Assembly (NCBI RefSeq): GCF_000143415.4 | Contig: NW_003314277.1 | Location: 1,213,139-1,277,138, forward strand | Length of the DNA stretch: 64,000 nucleotides | Direction: 5' to 3' | Origin: Selaginella moellendorffii | Lineage: Eukaryota; Plantae; Lycopodiophyta | In this document: positions 22,816-35,045 of the stretch, piece after piece | How the letters are laid out: every line of letters begins with the position of its first letter | How positions within the stretch are numbered: position 1 is the stretch's first letter | Program-made: the position numbers and the translations under genes | The notes under the pieces: generated by a model | Database searches by the model: none | What the model was told of the DNA's origin: nothing | What the model saw: only the letters and a program-made list of their open reading frames with translations

Positions 22816-24327
22816 TTGAGGGGGATGCATTGCAGCGACGCCATGTTGGTGTCTCTGTTCTGAATTACACGAATGGGGGTTCTCTGGGGAAAATCAAGAT
22901 AGAGGGTAGTGACGTTCCACATTGTTCAGCTCGGCCCGAGCAGCGAGAGTACCCGCTGAAGATCAGCTTGGGCTGCATCGCGATCATGGAGAGAGGTTCG
23001 TTGACACTCAAGCTATGGTGGAGCGGCCCTGTTGACCATCATGAACATCCTTCACCTCAGGTCCGAATCCCTGCACCACAAATTGACAGCGTCAAGCATG
23101 AAGCTGAACTCGATAACATCATGATGAACATAAATCAGACTGCAAGTGCTGTCGAAGTTCATAAGGAACAGTGCTTGCTGTTGTGTTTGGTTTGCAAGGA
23201 CAGCGTTGAAATGGTGAGAGGGTATGCAGGCAGTAGTGAGCTCTTCTTAAGGAGGCTAAGACAATTCATCAGGAAAGCAAACGGGGTGATTCGAGAGTGT
23301 TCCGTGCTTGAGGAGCATTGGGAGTGGCTTGCGGTTGTGAAATACAACAGGGAATTGGAAGTCAAGGAGATTGTGGAGGAACTTCATTTCATGTGCAGCA
23401 AAAGTTTTATTCAGGCTTTCTTGCCAGATATGCAAGCAGCAGCCCAGCTCGACAAAGCTGCACTGGAAAAACAGGCATGAGATGGGAAATTTAGAAGTCA
23501 CTATGCTAAATACATACTAGAGAGAGTAAATTCTTCAGAGCTGCCCGAGTTGAACTCGGAGGACGTGAGTGTTCATTTCGGGGAATTGCTCCATAGAGGA
23601 AGCTATGGTGTTGTTCGTAAAGGAACGTGGCATCAAAGGCTAGTTGCAGTCAAGGAGTTCAAGGAGTCTCAAGATCTTCCATCACAAGAACTGCCCGCAG
23701 TATCAAGTATACAAGCTGCTCCTCACATTGTTCAAACCATCGGCTACTACAAGGTTGACGAAAGCTGTACCCACTTGGTCATGGAGGTAATGAGGATGAA
23801 TCTAAAAGAGTATGCCAGCAAGAACAAAGAGCTCACGCTCTTGCAACTGGTCGAGATCCTGCTCCAGATTACCAAGGGCCTCGACTTCCTGCATGGGAAA
23901 AACATTGTGCATAGAGACCTCAAGCCAGAAAACGTTCTAATCGATTTCACTGATGAGGACGAAGAGCAGCTTGTCCTGAAACTCACTGATTTCGGTACTG
24001 CATACATCAACTTCAATATTGAACAATCACATACAGCTCCAGTAGGGACGAGGTTTTTCAGGCCCCCGAGCTGCTGAGTGAAGAAAGTAGAAGAAATGGT
24101 GAGAGCATGTACTCAAGATTGGTGGACCTTTACAGCCTTGGATCTCCCAGTTGGTCTTGTCGCAGCCTGCCATCAGGATGCCAACAGTAGAGCTGGAGGC
24201 TCTGATATGTTGATGTTCTTCGGAAGAGCCATCCGAAAGACCAGTTGTTGATGAGGTTCTGAAGTCATTACGTAACATTCTGTGCAACATTCTGCGCTGC
24301 AGTCTTGTTGGCGGAAGTGCTATATGA
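22816..24327 (+). pseudogene. 5'-truncated duplicate of the C2-helical-kinase gene
   Basis: Closely similar to ~18557-20092; first half of C2 missing; in-frame TGA at 23478-23480; frameshifts after the activation loop; 3' flank also duplicated. Confidence 0.9.
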
Positions 24328-24445
24328 AACCTGCCATACACAAAGCATACATGGGCATTTAAAAGTATGGTGGCAACCATGCAGATCTATGGATTTATTT
24401 ATTTATTTCTATTATAAATTGCTATAATAGCAATTTAAATATGAT

Positions 24446-24622
24446 TGTGTGAGTGCATGGAATATGGAAAGGGAATACAGAAATGTGCATATCAATTAGC
24501 CCAAAAACCCTGGCTTATATACAGGAGCAAGTGGTCCGGATTGAAACCAATCCGACGGCTACCAAAATCCCACTACGCTAATATTAGTATACGGCATCGT
24601 AGCCGTACACTTGGCCCTCACA
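24446..24622 (-). repeat. 177-bp LTR of Gypsy copy A (homologues at 41484-41663 + and ~47061-47218 -)
   Basis: TG...CA ends, adjacent purine tract on the minus strand, three copies in the window. Confidence 0.85.
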
Positions 24623-26241
24623 TCATCCTCTCCTCTCGGAATAATGGAAGACCATCAGGGTTCTCTTGTAGATGGGCCGGGATCTGGAGGAACATTAGGA
24701 GGAGGCATCGGTGGATCTGTAGGTGGCATTAGCTGCTCTTGATCCCTTTGTATGAAGCATTTTAGCCGCTGCACATGCACAATCTCTGGAGGATTGGTCT
24801 GCTGAACGTCATGCTAAACCTCATAAACTTGTGGTCCAACTTGCCGCAACACCCGATACGGTCCTTTTCACTGCGCAAGAAGTCCCTTAGATAAACCATG
24901 TACCGTAAGATGAGGAAAACGGACTAACACCAAATCATCCACTTTGTACTCCGCAGGTGGACGATGATGACAGTTGTAGCGTCGTTGTTGTCCTACTTGT
25001 ACGTGGCATAAATGTTCGGCAGACTCTGCTCGGACTAGTGGAAGAATGCTCGTCAAATACTGATCCCACGACCTAGAATCGGCAGCTCGCGGCAATCGCG
25101 AAGGTAAACCTAGCTCTGTTGGTAATATTAGATCATGACCATATAAAAGTTTATATGGTGAAGCACCAATAGAACTTTGCACCCCCGTGACATATGCATA
25201 CCGAAGAGACGGCAAATAACCATCCCAATCCGAATGCTGAAAGTTCACATACTTCGCAATCATCCCTTTGAATGTCCGAACGAGCCGCTCCACCAGACCG
25301 TCTGATTGTGGATGATAAGCACTCGTGAAAGTGTGGCGTATCCCCAACCGAGACGTCAAAACATGAAATGCCTCAGCCATAAATGCAGGACCATTATCCG
25401 AAAGAATCCGCTCTGGACAAGAATGCTGGAACACCACTCGATTTAGGAGGAAGTAGCCAACAGCAGTTGCAGAGGCGCTAGCAAGAGCACCAACTTCCAC
25501 CCAACGAGTCAAGTAGTCAGAAGCAATAATAACATACTCATTGCCAGTAGTCGACCGTGGAAAAGGTCCCATAAGATTAAACGCCACCAACTCAAACGGA
25601 CGGGAAACCGCAATTGACTCCAACCGTCCTTCCGTAGCACGAGGGAGATTATTATGAGCTTGGCACCAAACGCAGCTACGCACATACCAGATAACATCAT
25701 GTCGCATCTTCGGCCAGTAAAAAGACCTGCGCAACTTCTTGGTTACATGACGGTGTCCCATATGCCCACCTAGAACAGGAGAATCATGGTAGGCATGGAG
25801 AAACCGCGGAATAAAGACAAAAGGCACCACCAGCCGTAAATGATCCTCAGGATCCGTCCCCACAAAATAAAGAAGGCCATCTTCAAGGCGATATTGAGAA
25901 TGTAAATGCCGGAAAGGCAAGTCATCAGCAAGTGATGTAGGATTCTCAAACCCATTTCGAAGCCTTTGAATCCATGGCTCAATCTTTTGAGCCTCGCGAA
26001 CATCATCAAGAGAAGGTAGATCCTGCTTTGCGCCTTGTGGACACTGAACGTCAAGGACAGCAACCGCCGACGGCACAGAATCCTCGTCTAGAAAATCTAC
26101 AGATGCTAGAACAACAGGCTCGTCAGAAACATGAGAAGTGAGTGAAGAAGGAAGAGGAGCTCGAGAAAGGGCATCAGCATCAGCCATAGAACTCCCTGGG
26201 CGATGAACAACATCAAAATCATATATCTGAAGCTTCAAAGC

Positions 26242-27390
26242 TGTCGCGCATGTGACTTCGGGTATCGAAAGTTACCTGTCGGCTAGTCCTTACGGACACT
26301 CTTACCTTACTGCCACGATGGCAGGAGGTTGGTATTGCTGGACCCGTTATCAGTCTCCGCCTAAGCTAGTTGAGAAACTGGTCCTCGCGTGTGCACTTGA
26401 CCAGATGAGCATAAGGACGGAATTCCTACGTGCTATTTGTCAAGCATACTTGACCTGGTTAGAGAAACTCATTCGTTGACTTGCACTTGCTAGTGTTGGG
26501 AACCCCCGCGATGTTGAGATTGGTCCCTCAATATCGCTAGATGATAGCTTACCGTGTCTGCCAAACACCCTCGCTATCATGCCCTTTGTGTTAGTCTCAT
26601 TTCGGTCCCAAATGCTATTTATGGAAAGTGTCCAGATTTGCTCATTTTGCATATCTATGGAATGTAGAGATCGGCCTGAACACAATGGTGTTCGTCCCGT
26701 GTCCAAATTCACATTCTAGCGCCATTCCATATTTAGTAAGTTTCGAGCTTGTCCCAGAGACTAACTCCTGATACTAAGGGAGGCTTGGGGTGAAAGCCCA
26801 AAGCATGTGTTCCTCAAGGGGGGGGGGGGGGGGGCTGTGGGGGGTTCCAAATGTATAGTAGGGATAGTGGGTAGGTCGGGCATGGCCGACCAACCTGAGG
26901 CATAGTCTAGCTCCCGCTTGCGTGCCTGTCCTTGTTCTGCGTCCGGCTTGGGTCTAAGCCCAAGTTCCATTCCATGCTAGCTGGTGGAGTACCCATGTCC
27001 TCGCGTTAGGCCACCGGTATGCCGAAATAGCGCCAGACTCCGTTTGGCTCCGTTTTGCGTGCTGGTCCTGGCATTGGGATGCTGGTTACTCTAGGACTGT
27101 TCTAAGTCGCTCCGGGTTCCTGTCCCTTCGCTCCTTGGGCTGTATGCTTAGGAGTTGCTCCGTGGGTCGGTTCCGTCACTCCTTGGCTCCACGCTTGGGA
27201 GTTTGGCACCGTTCCTTTGTTCAGTGGCCCAAGGCCCTGAACCTCGGGTTCCTATGGACACGTGGCATGGACACGTGGCATGTGACATGTGGCATCTGTC
27301 ACGTGGCACAAAGAGGGTTAGGTTCCGCTTCGTGGTGTTATCCTATGGTAAATCACCATAGGATAAAGGGTAAAAACCACGTGCGCTACA
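26242..27390. mobile_element. Solo LTR (1149 bp) inserted in Gypsy A
   Basis: TGTCGCGCA...TGCGCTACA termini; 5-bp TSD AAAGC at 26237-26241 and 27391-27395; interrupts RTARWA|LKLQIY. Confidence 0.9.
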
Positions 27391-28529
27391 AAAGCCCACC
27401 GAGCAGTACGACTAACCAGGTTCTTCCGCTTCAATAATGAAGTAACAGTAGTATGGTCACCTTCAAGTAACATCTGAGAACCATGTAGATATGCATGAAG
27501 TTTCTCGAAACCCCAAACTGCTGCTAAACACTCCTTCTCCGTCGTGGAGTAGTTCATCTCTGCTGGTTGTAATGTACGGCTTATATACGCAATAGGATGG
27601 TGTTGACCAGGCACACTCGAGCTCTCTTGCATACACACACCTCCAAGACCAATGTCAGAAGCATCCATGCGCAAAATAAAAGGTCGAGTGTAGTCAGGAT
27701 ATGCCAAAACCGGAGGAGTCGTCAATAGCATTTTGAGATCCCCGAACGCCTGCTCACAATCCGAAGACCAGATGAAAGATGATGTTGATGACTTCAACAA
27801 TGCTCACAATTGTGCAGTGCGATCAGAAAGATGATCCACAAAACGACCGAGATACTACACCTTGCCCAAGAAGCGCTGCACATCATTCACACATTTCGGA
27901 GTAGGGAACTTTAGAACAGCCACAAGTTTGTCAGGATCAACTTGCAAACCCTCACGAGAAATACGGTACCCAAGATAAGTTGTATCCTTGGACCCAAACG
28001 CGCACTTTGACCTCTTCAACTTTAAACCAATATCGCGTAGCCGATCCAACACTTTACAAACATCACGAACGTGCTCCTCCCACGTCCCCTCCGAGTGAAT
28101 CAAGACATCATCAATGAAGTCGGCAGTCACCTCTGGCATATCACAAAGAACCTCGTCCATCATCCGTTGGAAAGTTGCTGGAGCGTTGTTCAAACCAAAC
28201 GGCATCACCAAGAACTTGTACAAACCAAACGGTGTACGAAAAGCAGTCTTAGGAATATCTTTTGCGGCCATTGGTACTTGCCAGTACCCAGAAGCAAGTG
28301 TGAGACACAAAATCCCTAGGCCCCAAAGTGGAGACGGAAGGGCGCCATGTGGTAGTGGCCGAAGCGAGAGCCAAACGAGCGTAACACGTTTGGACCAAAA
28401 GCTCCAACTTGAAAAGTCAAGAGCGGGAGTGGAACTCCCAACGAAGTGCTCGAGGAACGTGCACGAAGCGAGAAAAAAGCGAGGCTCCAAAAAGGGACCC
28501 AAAAGGACCAACACATGACACGTGGAAGT

Positions 28530-29070
28530 GTCCGAGATGGACTCGAGTTGGAGTCCGAAGTGGAGTCCGAGATGGACCCGAGTTGGAGTCCGAAGTGGAG
28601 TCCGAGATGGACCCGAGTTGGAGTCCGAAGTGGAGTCCGAGGTGGACCCGAGTTGGAGTCCGAAGTGGAGTCCGAGATGGACCGAGACGGAGTCCGATAT
28701 GGAGTCTGAGATGGACCCAAGAAGGAGTCCGAGATGGAGTCCGAGATGGACCCGAGATGGAGTCCGAGAAGGAGTCCGAGATGGACCGAGACGGAGTCCG
28801 ATATGGAGTCCGAGATAGACCCGAGATGGGGTCCAAGATGGAGTCCGAGATGGACCGAGACGGAGTCCGATATGGAGTCCGAGATGGACCCGAGATGGGG
28901 TCCGAGATGGAGTCCGAGATGGACCCGAGATGGAGTCCAAGATGGAGTCCGAGATGGAACCGAGACCGAGACCGAGACCGAGGCCGAGACCGAGACCGAG
29001 ACCGAGACCGAGTCCGAAACCAGGACCGAGTCCAAGTCCGAGTCCGAGTTCGAGCCCGAGTCCGAGTCCG
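28530..29070. repeat. Minisatellite of 11-12-bp GAGTCCGAGATG/GACCCGAGATG units and (CCGAGA)n inside the LTR (also ~34466-34798 and ~63878-64000)
   Basis: Directly visible; produces the low-complexity ORFs in all six frames. Confidence 0.9.
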
Positions 29071-32000
29071 AATACTAATACAGGCAGTTGGGTGAAAGCC
29101 CAAAGCGATCGTCCCCCAGGGGGGGGGGGGCTGCGGGGGGTTCCAAAAGTATAGTAGGGAGAGTGTGGGGGTTGGAGCCCAGTGGAGCCAGTTGGGCCAG
29201 GAAGGGCCAGTTTGGTCCAGGAAGGCCATACCCAGTGTTGGGTGATGAGCTGGCCACTGGGAAGTCCAAGACTAGAGTGAATACGGACCGACAAGCGGGG
29301 TAGCTTGGTAAAGTGTTCAAGAGCCGGCTCTAGTTCCCCCGGGAGATCGACTGGCCGATGCTCCCAGTCCAAGTGTGGGTGGCACTACCTACTTGGATAC
29401 CTGGTGTGGCTCAACGGAACCCGCTCTAAGCCCATGGCTAGAGCACCCAAGGGCAGAAGGCGAGGAGAGTACCCAGGTGGCTCGCGTAAGGCCACGATGT
29501 TCCGAAATGTTGTCCCAAAGGCCCAGACTATGGAAAGGAAGAGGAGCAGTCCTCTGGGGTAGTGACCAAGGACACAGTCGTGTGGTGAGGAAGTCCCAGA
29601 GGACCGTGGGACTTAGTGGTCGGGCCTGTGGGTCTCGATTGAGTGGCAGTGTTGGCAAACATTGCCAGGGGCAGAAAGGGACTTAGTGGGGACTGACAGA
29701 GGGATGTTGGGGAAGGCTATTCCCCTTGTCGGTGGGCATCCTAAGGATGCTAAGGAGTGGATCTGAGATGACCACTCACGGATGGTTTGCATAGTCTTGG
29801 AGAGCCAAGACTGTGATGCAAGTGGTATTGGACTACCAGTGTGGCAAAGGTGATTGGGCATGGCCTTAGCGTAACGGGCTGCTATGTCGGTGGTACCTTT
29901 GAGTGTCGGTCATGGGATCGAATACGTGGAGCACTTGGACCAAGTGCAAATGTTGAGTGGCATGGATGCCATTCTCGGGGCTAGCAAGTCCCAAGTCCTG
30001 GATTGGACTTATGGAGGTTGTGAATGAAACTCCTCCAAGTGGTTAGAGGTGTGGTTAAGTGACTAAAGTAGAATGGAAAATTTAGTCACTTACAATTTGG
30101 TATCGGAGCTGTTCCTTAGTTCGACTTTTATTGGTGCTCAAGTATATCACCACTGGTGTTGGCAACGGAAGGTCCGAGAAGTGGGCCTATCCTTGAGGAG
30201 TAGCAGGTTGGGAAGACATGGCTCTCCATTACAGTTCATGTGTGAACTTGTAAACAAGATGGTGGATAGAAAAGGGGCCAATAATGGAACGACTTTGGGA
30301 TCTTGGGAACAATGCAAGGTTTTCCTCATTGAGTTGAGGAGGTGATCCGGATGAGCGTTTGACTCAGCAAGCGGGCCAATTTAGTTGTGGTAAACAACTA
30401 AAGTTGGGATCACAGGAAAGATAAAGACTCCAAAGCAATAAGGGAGTCACAAGATTATCCTCATATAGCTGAGGTTGGTGCTCATGAATGTGAGACCAGA
30501 AGTAATGACCGTGGGAGGTCAAATACGGAAGAGGACTCAAGTCCTTGAAATGGTAGCCGGGGCTACCTGTAATAAATGCTGGAACAACCCAAGGAGTTGG
30601 AGGGTGTACTTAGAGATGAGTTGGTATTCTCATCACATGGACAAGTAGTCCTAAGGGGTAGAGGTTGCCCCAGAGAACAAAAACAAGTGTCAGAGTAACA
30701 CTTGTGAAAATAGTCCTTCTGAGTAGGACAGGAATGCAGAAAGTGTATTCCAGTGAGCTAGTGCCTCACAAGTGGGACCTTACGGGTCTGTGGATGAACC
30801 AAGTCCAAAACTGCTGGATGACTCAAGTAGAGTCAAGGAAAGGTCCTAAAAGGACTGATTGGAGCATTTGGACTGAGGTGTGTTGTACCCCATGAAGGAT
30901 GGGGGGGGGGGGGATCATAGGATCCAAGGATGAGAACAGAGGGTATCTCATCGATGGCAAAATGTGCCATGCTAAAGTTATGGGAAAGGTGTTCCCAGAA
31001 GAAAACAACTTTGACACAAAGTTGTGTGTGACCTCTATGGTGCAGTGCTAACGGATGGTTGGCCTGAGAAAGAGCGGTGTTGGTCTTGGCAAAGACTTAA
31101 ACACGAAGGGGAAGTGTCATAGAGGTAGGCTCGTGGAACCGATGGTGTGGAGACACCAAATGTGCCAAGGTGTGATACCTTGAGGCTATGTTGGTGGGTT
31201 CATGAGAACCCCTTGCCAAAGGAATCCTAATGGAAATGGGAATGGCATAGCCTAAGTTGCAGAGCATGCAGTTGGAGTGTGGTGACCCAGATAATGATGG
31301 AGGTGTGAAAGCACTAAACAATGAGTTGTAAGACTTGACAACTATGAGGCAACTAAGCAAGAGGTGCAAAATAACTGGTTGAACGGGTAGAAGGTAGCTA
31401 CCCAAGACGGGGGATATACCCTTACGGGGGATAAGTTACTTGTGTTGCGATATAGTAAGTCAATGTCATAAAAGGAAATACTCATTGTCAAGAAAGCCAT
31501 CATTGGGACACCCGAACACTCTAGAACATCAGAAAGTGGTGTTTGATGTCGCGAGGGCAATGGATAAAGCCCAAGGGACTAATTCCCTAGCGAATGATGG
31601 ATAGAAGGTGCTATCCAAATGTCCAAGGTTGCGGAGACAAGAGAGGACTGTCTACCCGAGTTGGACAAAGCCAAGAATGGAATTTTGGCAAGGCTAGTGA
31701 TGGGCATGTAAAGGCCCATAAACAACAATGTAATCCCAGTGTGTGGGATTATAAGGTGAGCATACCCGGATTGAGGAACCACTCCCTGGGCTATTGGGTA
31801 GGTTCATCCCTAAGTATACTTGCTAAGGCATGATAGAAAGTGCAAAGCTATCCTCCTGGTCTGGAGGAGAATAACCAAAGGAAACATATGGGGCCAAAAG
31901 GCAAGTAGTATTGGGATGGAACTGAACCATAGAAATCGAAAGGCATAACCAAGGTTGGTTATGCCAGCTGGGAGTGGAGAATCAAGTGGGGGCTCGAGGG

Positions 32001-34000
32001 TGTTGCCGCTAGCAACCGTGATGCCATGGAGAGTCTAAATATGGAATTGTCCATGTTAGACTATGTGGCAATTGGAAAGCTTGCAAAAAGGGAGGCCTTA
32101 GCAAGCTAAGGGACAGAGTTCCTTCAAGGTTCCCAAAGACGATTCTAGGTAGCTTAGTACCTAGAAAGGCCAAGTGTAAATGGTTCATAGAATGCGCGAA
32201 ATCAGAGTGGCGCAGCAGAAGCGTGGTCTTGAAGCTTGCCATGAGGCAAGGCTATCAAGGTTAGGGAAGTAGTTCCCGAGTGTTCAAAGAGAAGGCTTTG
32301 AACGAAAGTCGAGGATCAAGGGCTTTCACGCTTGTGCATGAACCATATTACAGTGGCCGGATGACTTGCTAAGTGAGGTTGGCAAGTCGGGGGGAACGAA
32401 TACCCTAGTTGAAGGAGCCAACTTCAAAGGGGTGGCCTATGGGGCCGAGCATGGAGGAGTCCATGCATGATCACAGGCTTGTCAAGTGAGAGGACTTGGC
32501 AGTGCGAAGGAACTAGGTTCCTAAGCTGTGATCTGTAGCGCGCTTTAAATATAAGTTGGTGCACCGGCGTGGGGAGTCACGCCAGGCATCCGGTGTGATG
32601 CCATCCGTATATGCATATACGGAGGTTGGGTTCGAGTCCCGACCCTCTAGTGCTTGGGTTCGAGTCCCAAATCACTAGGGCGTGGTGATGGTTTGGAATA
32701 TGAGGACACTCATATTTCGGTGGTCATGGACTCTCAGTGTGGAGACTGGTTTGGGCACACCGCCAAGCGAGGGATGCCTCAGAGTTGTGATGCACGGTTA
32801 GATTGCTTAGTGTGAAAGCTCGGCATATCTAACTTGAATGCTTTGGTGCAAGTGGCACCAAGGACGTGGTGAGTGAGATGGGGACACCTAATCTCAGTTG
32901 CTATGGGCCCTTGGCCGGAAGGGCTGGCTTGGGCGCACCGCCAAGTGTGGGGGATGCCCCCGGGGTCGTAGTTAACAAGTTAAAGGTCTGGAAGACCTAG
33001 TACCTATTGGCAAACCTGTTAAGGTGCCGAGGTGAGATAACTAGGTGATCTTGTGGCTAAATAAAGACAAGGTCCTTGTTTGGGTTAAGGAATAAGGTTC
33101 CTAGTTCAAAGTGTTGATTTGAACTATTGATGATGGTGTGGCTTGGTCAAGGTGACCAAGTGGGAAAAGCACCTTAGGGAAATGAGCTATGTCATTGCGA
33201 TGGCATAGTGTGTCCAAGGAAAGTAGTCTCTAAAGAGACCCATGGGAGGGTCACAAAGTTGGGCCGTGGATAGAGCCCACAGCAGAAGATGCTAAAAGAG
33301 ACTTACTAGGGGTGAACACCCTAGTCTTGGCAAAGCAGAGCCTTTGCTATGGAATCAAAAGAATACCTCAAGGAGGGAGGTAGAGATTCGATGTTGTTTG
33401 GTGCAACAATCAACGGATAGGAGCAAAAGATGAGTGGCCAAGATAGGGCCGTGGAATCCCTTGTAAGGAATCCAAGTGACAAAGTTAGGCGAGGAGCATT
33501 AATGTGTTGGACGCTAACAAATTGCGGGAAAGGAAGCGTGTTTCCAAGGATGGATTCCGAATTGCTCCGATTTGGCGAAAGTGGAAGCTCCAAGGGAGGG
33601 AGCGGTAAGGTAGCCAAATGATAGGGCCATGGACAGCCCTAGCACAAAGTATGATAAATGGAACTTAGTGCCCAAGGTGGCACGAAATAGAAGAGAGGAT
33701 GATGGTGCCCTCAAGTAATGAGCTTCCTAGGATGGGGAAGTGGAGTTGCACAATCGGTGCAATGCAAGGTGTTGGAGACACTTAGGAAATTGACTTCCAA
33801 AAGTCAAAAAAGTAAAAGTTCCAAGGTGTAAACGTTCAATAGATGGAAATTGAGACTACTCGAGAAGGAGTAGTGGGATTGACTTAGAGAAGGGTCTCTA
33901 AGAGGTTTAGCGAGAACTAAACCAATAAAAGGAGAGAACCACTACATGTGGTCCAATCAGTCTCTAAGTTGGAGAGACTACCCTCCTTAGAGGATAGGCA

Positions 34001-34132
34001 AGGCATGGTGAACCTTCAATGTCAAACCATTGACGAATATGGAGAAGGCATGGTGAGCCTTCAATGTCAAACCATTGACGAATATGGAGAAGGCATGGTG
34101 AGCCTTCAATGTCAAACCATTGACAAATATTG
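34001..34132 (+). repeat. 45-bp tandem repeat x3
   Basis: AGGCATGGTGA(A/G)CCTTCAATGTCAAACCATTGACGAATATGGAGA at 34001, 34046 and 34091. Confidence 0.9.
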
Positions 34133-34798
34133 GCTAGGTGCCAAGGATGGAAATGGTAACACATACGAGTGTTACTTTACAAAATGGTTTACCGTTCGAT
34201 GAGGACATCGAACTTTGTCTATGGGTGGTGGAGTTGTGAGACACAAAATCCCTAGGCCCCAAAGTGGAGACGGAAGGGCGCCACGTGGTAGTGGCCGAAG
34301 CGAGAGCCAAACGAGCGTAACATGTTTGGACCAAAAGCTCCAACTTGAAAAGTCAAGAGCGGGAGTGGAACTCCCAACGAAGTGCTCGAGGAACGTGCAC
34401 GAAGCGAGCAAAAAGCGAGGCTCCAAAAAGGGACCCAAAAGGACCAACACATGACACGTGGAAGTGTCCGAGATGGACTCGAGTTGGAGTCCGAAGTGGA
34501 GTCCGAGATGGACCCGAGTTGGAGTCCGAAGTGGAGTCCGAGATGGACCCGAGTTAGAGTCCGAAGTGGAGTCCGAGGTGGACCCGAGTTGGAGTCCGAA
34601 GTGGAGTCCGAGATGGACCGAGACGGAGTCCGATATGGAGTCCGAGATGGACCCGAGAAGGAGTCCGAGATGGAGTCCGAGATGGACCCGAGATGGAGTC
34701 CGAGATGGACCCGAGATGGAGTCCGAGATGGACCGAGACGGAGTCCGATATGGAGTCCGAGATGGACCCGAGATGGGGTCCGAGATGGAGTCCGAGAT

Positions 34799-35045
34799 NN
34801 NNNNNNNNNNNNNNNNNNNNNNNNNNNNNNNNNNNNNNNNNNNNNNNNNNNNNNNNNNNNNNNNNNNNNNNNNNNNNNNNNNNNNNNNNNNNNNNNNNNN
34901 NNNNNNNNNNNNNNNNNNNNNNNNNNNNNNNNNNNNNNNNNNNNNNNNNNNNNNNNNNNNNNNNNNNNNNNNNNNNNNNNNNNNNNNNNNNNNNNNNNNN
35001 NNNNNNNNNNNNNNNNNNNNNNNNNNNNNNNNNNNNNNNNNNNNN
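34799..35045. other. Assembly gap (247 N) in the 3' LTR minisatellite
   Basis: Run of N. Confidence 0.99.

Noticed and set aside
28530-29070. CRISPR-like array or repetitive protein-coding ORFs
   Set aside because: Contiguous 11-12-bp minisatellite without unique spacers, duplicated in both LTRs; the ORFs in all frames are low-complexity artefacts
27855-29372. 505-aa chimeric ORF as a novel RT fusion protein
   Set aside because: Fortuitous read-through from the antisense LTR of the nested element into the interrupted Gypsy RT
32620-32680. Intact tRNA gene
   Set aside because: Only T-arm-like stem-loops; no D arm, anticodon arm or acceptor stem in cloverleaf arrangement
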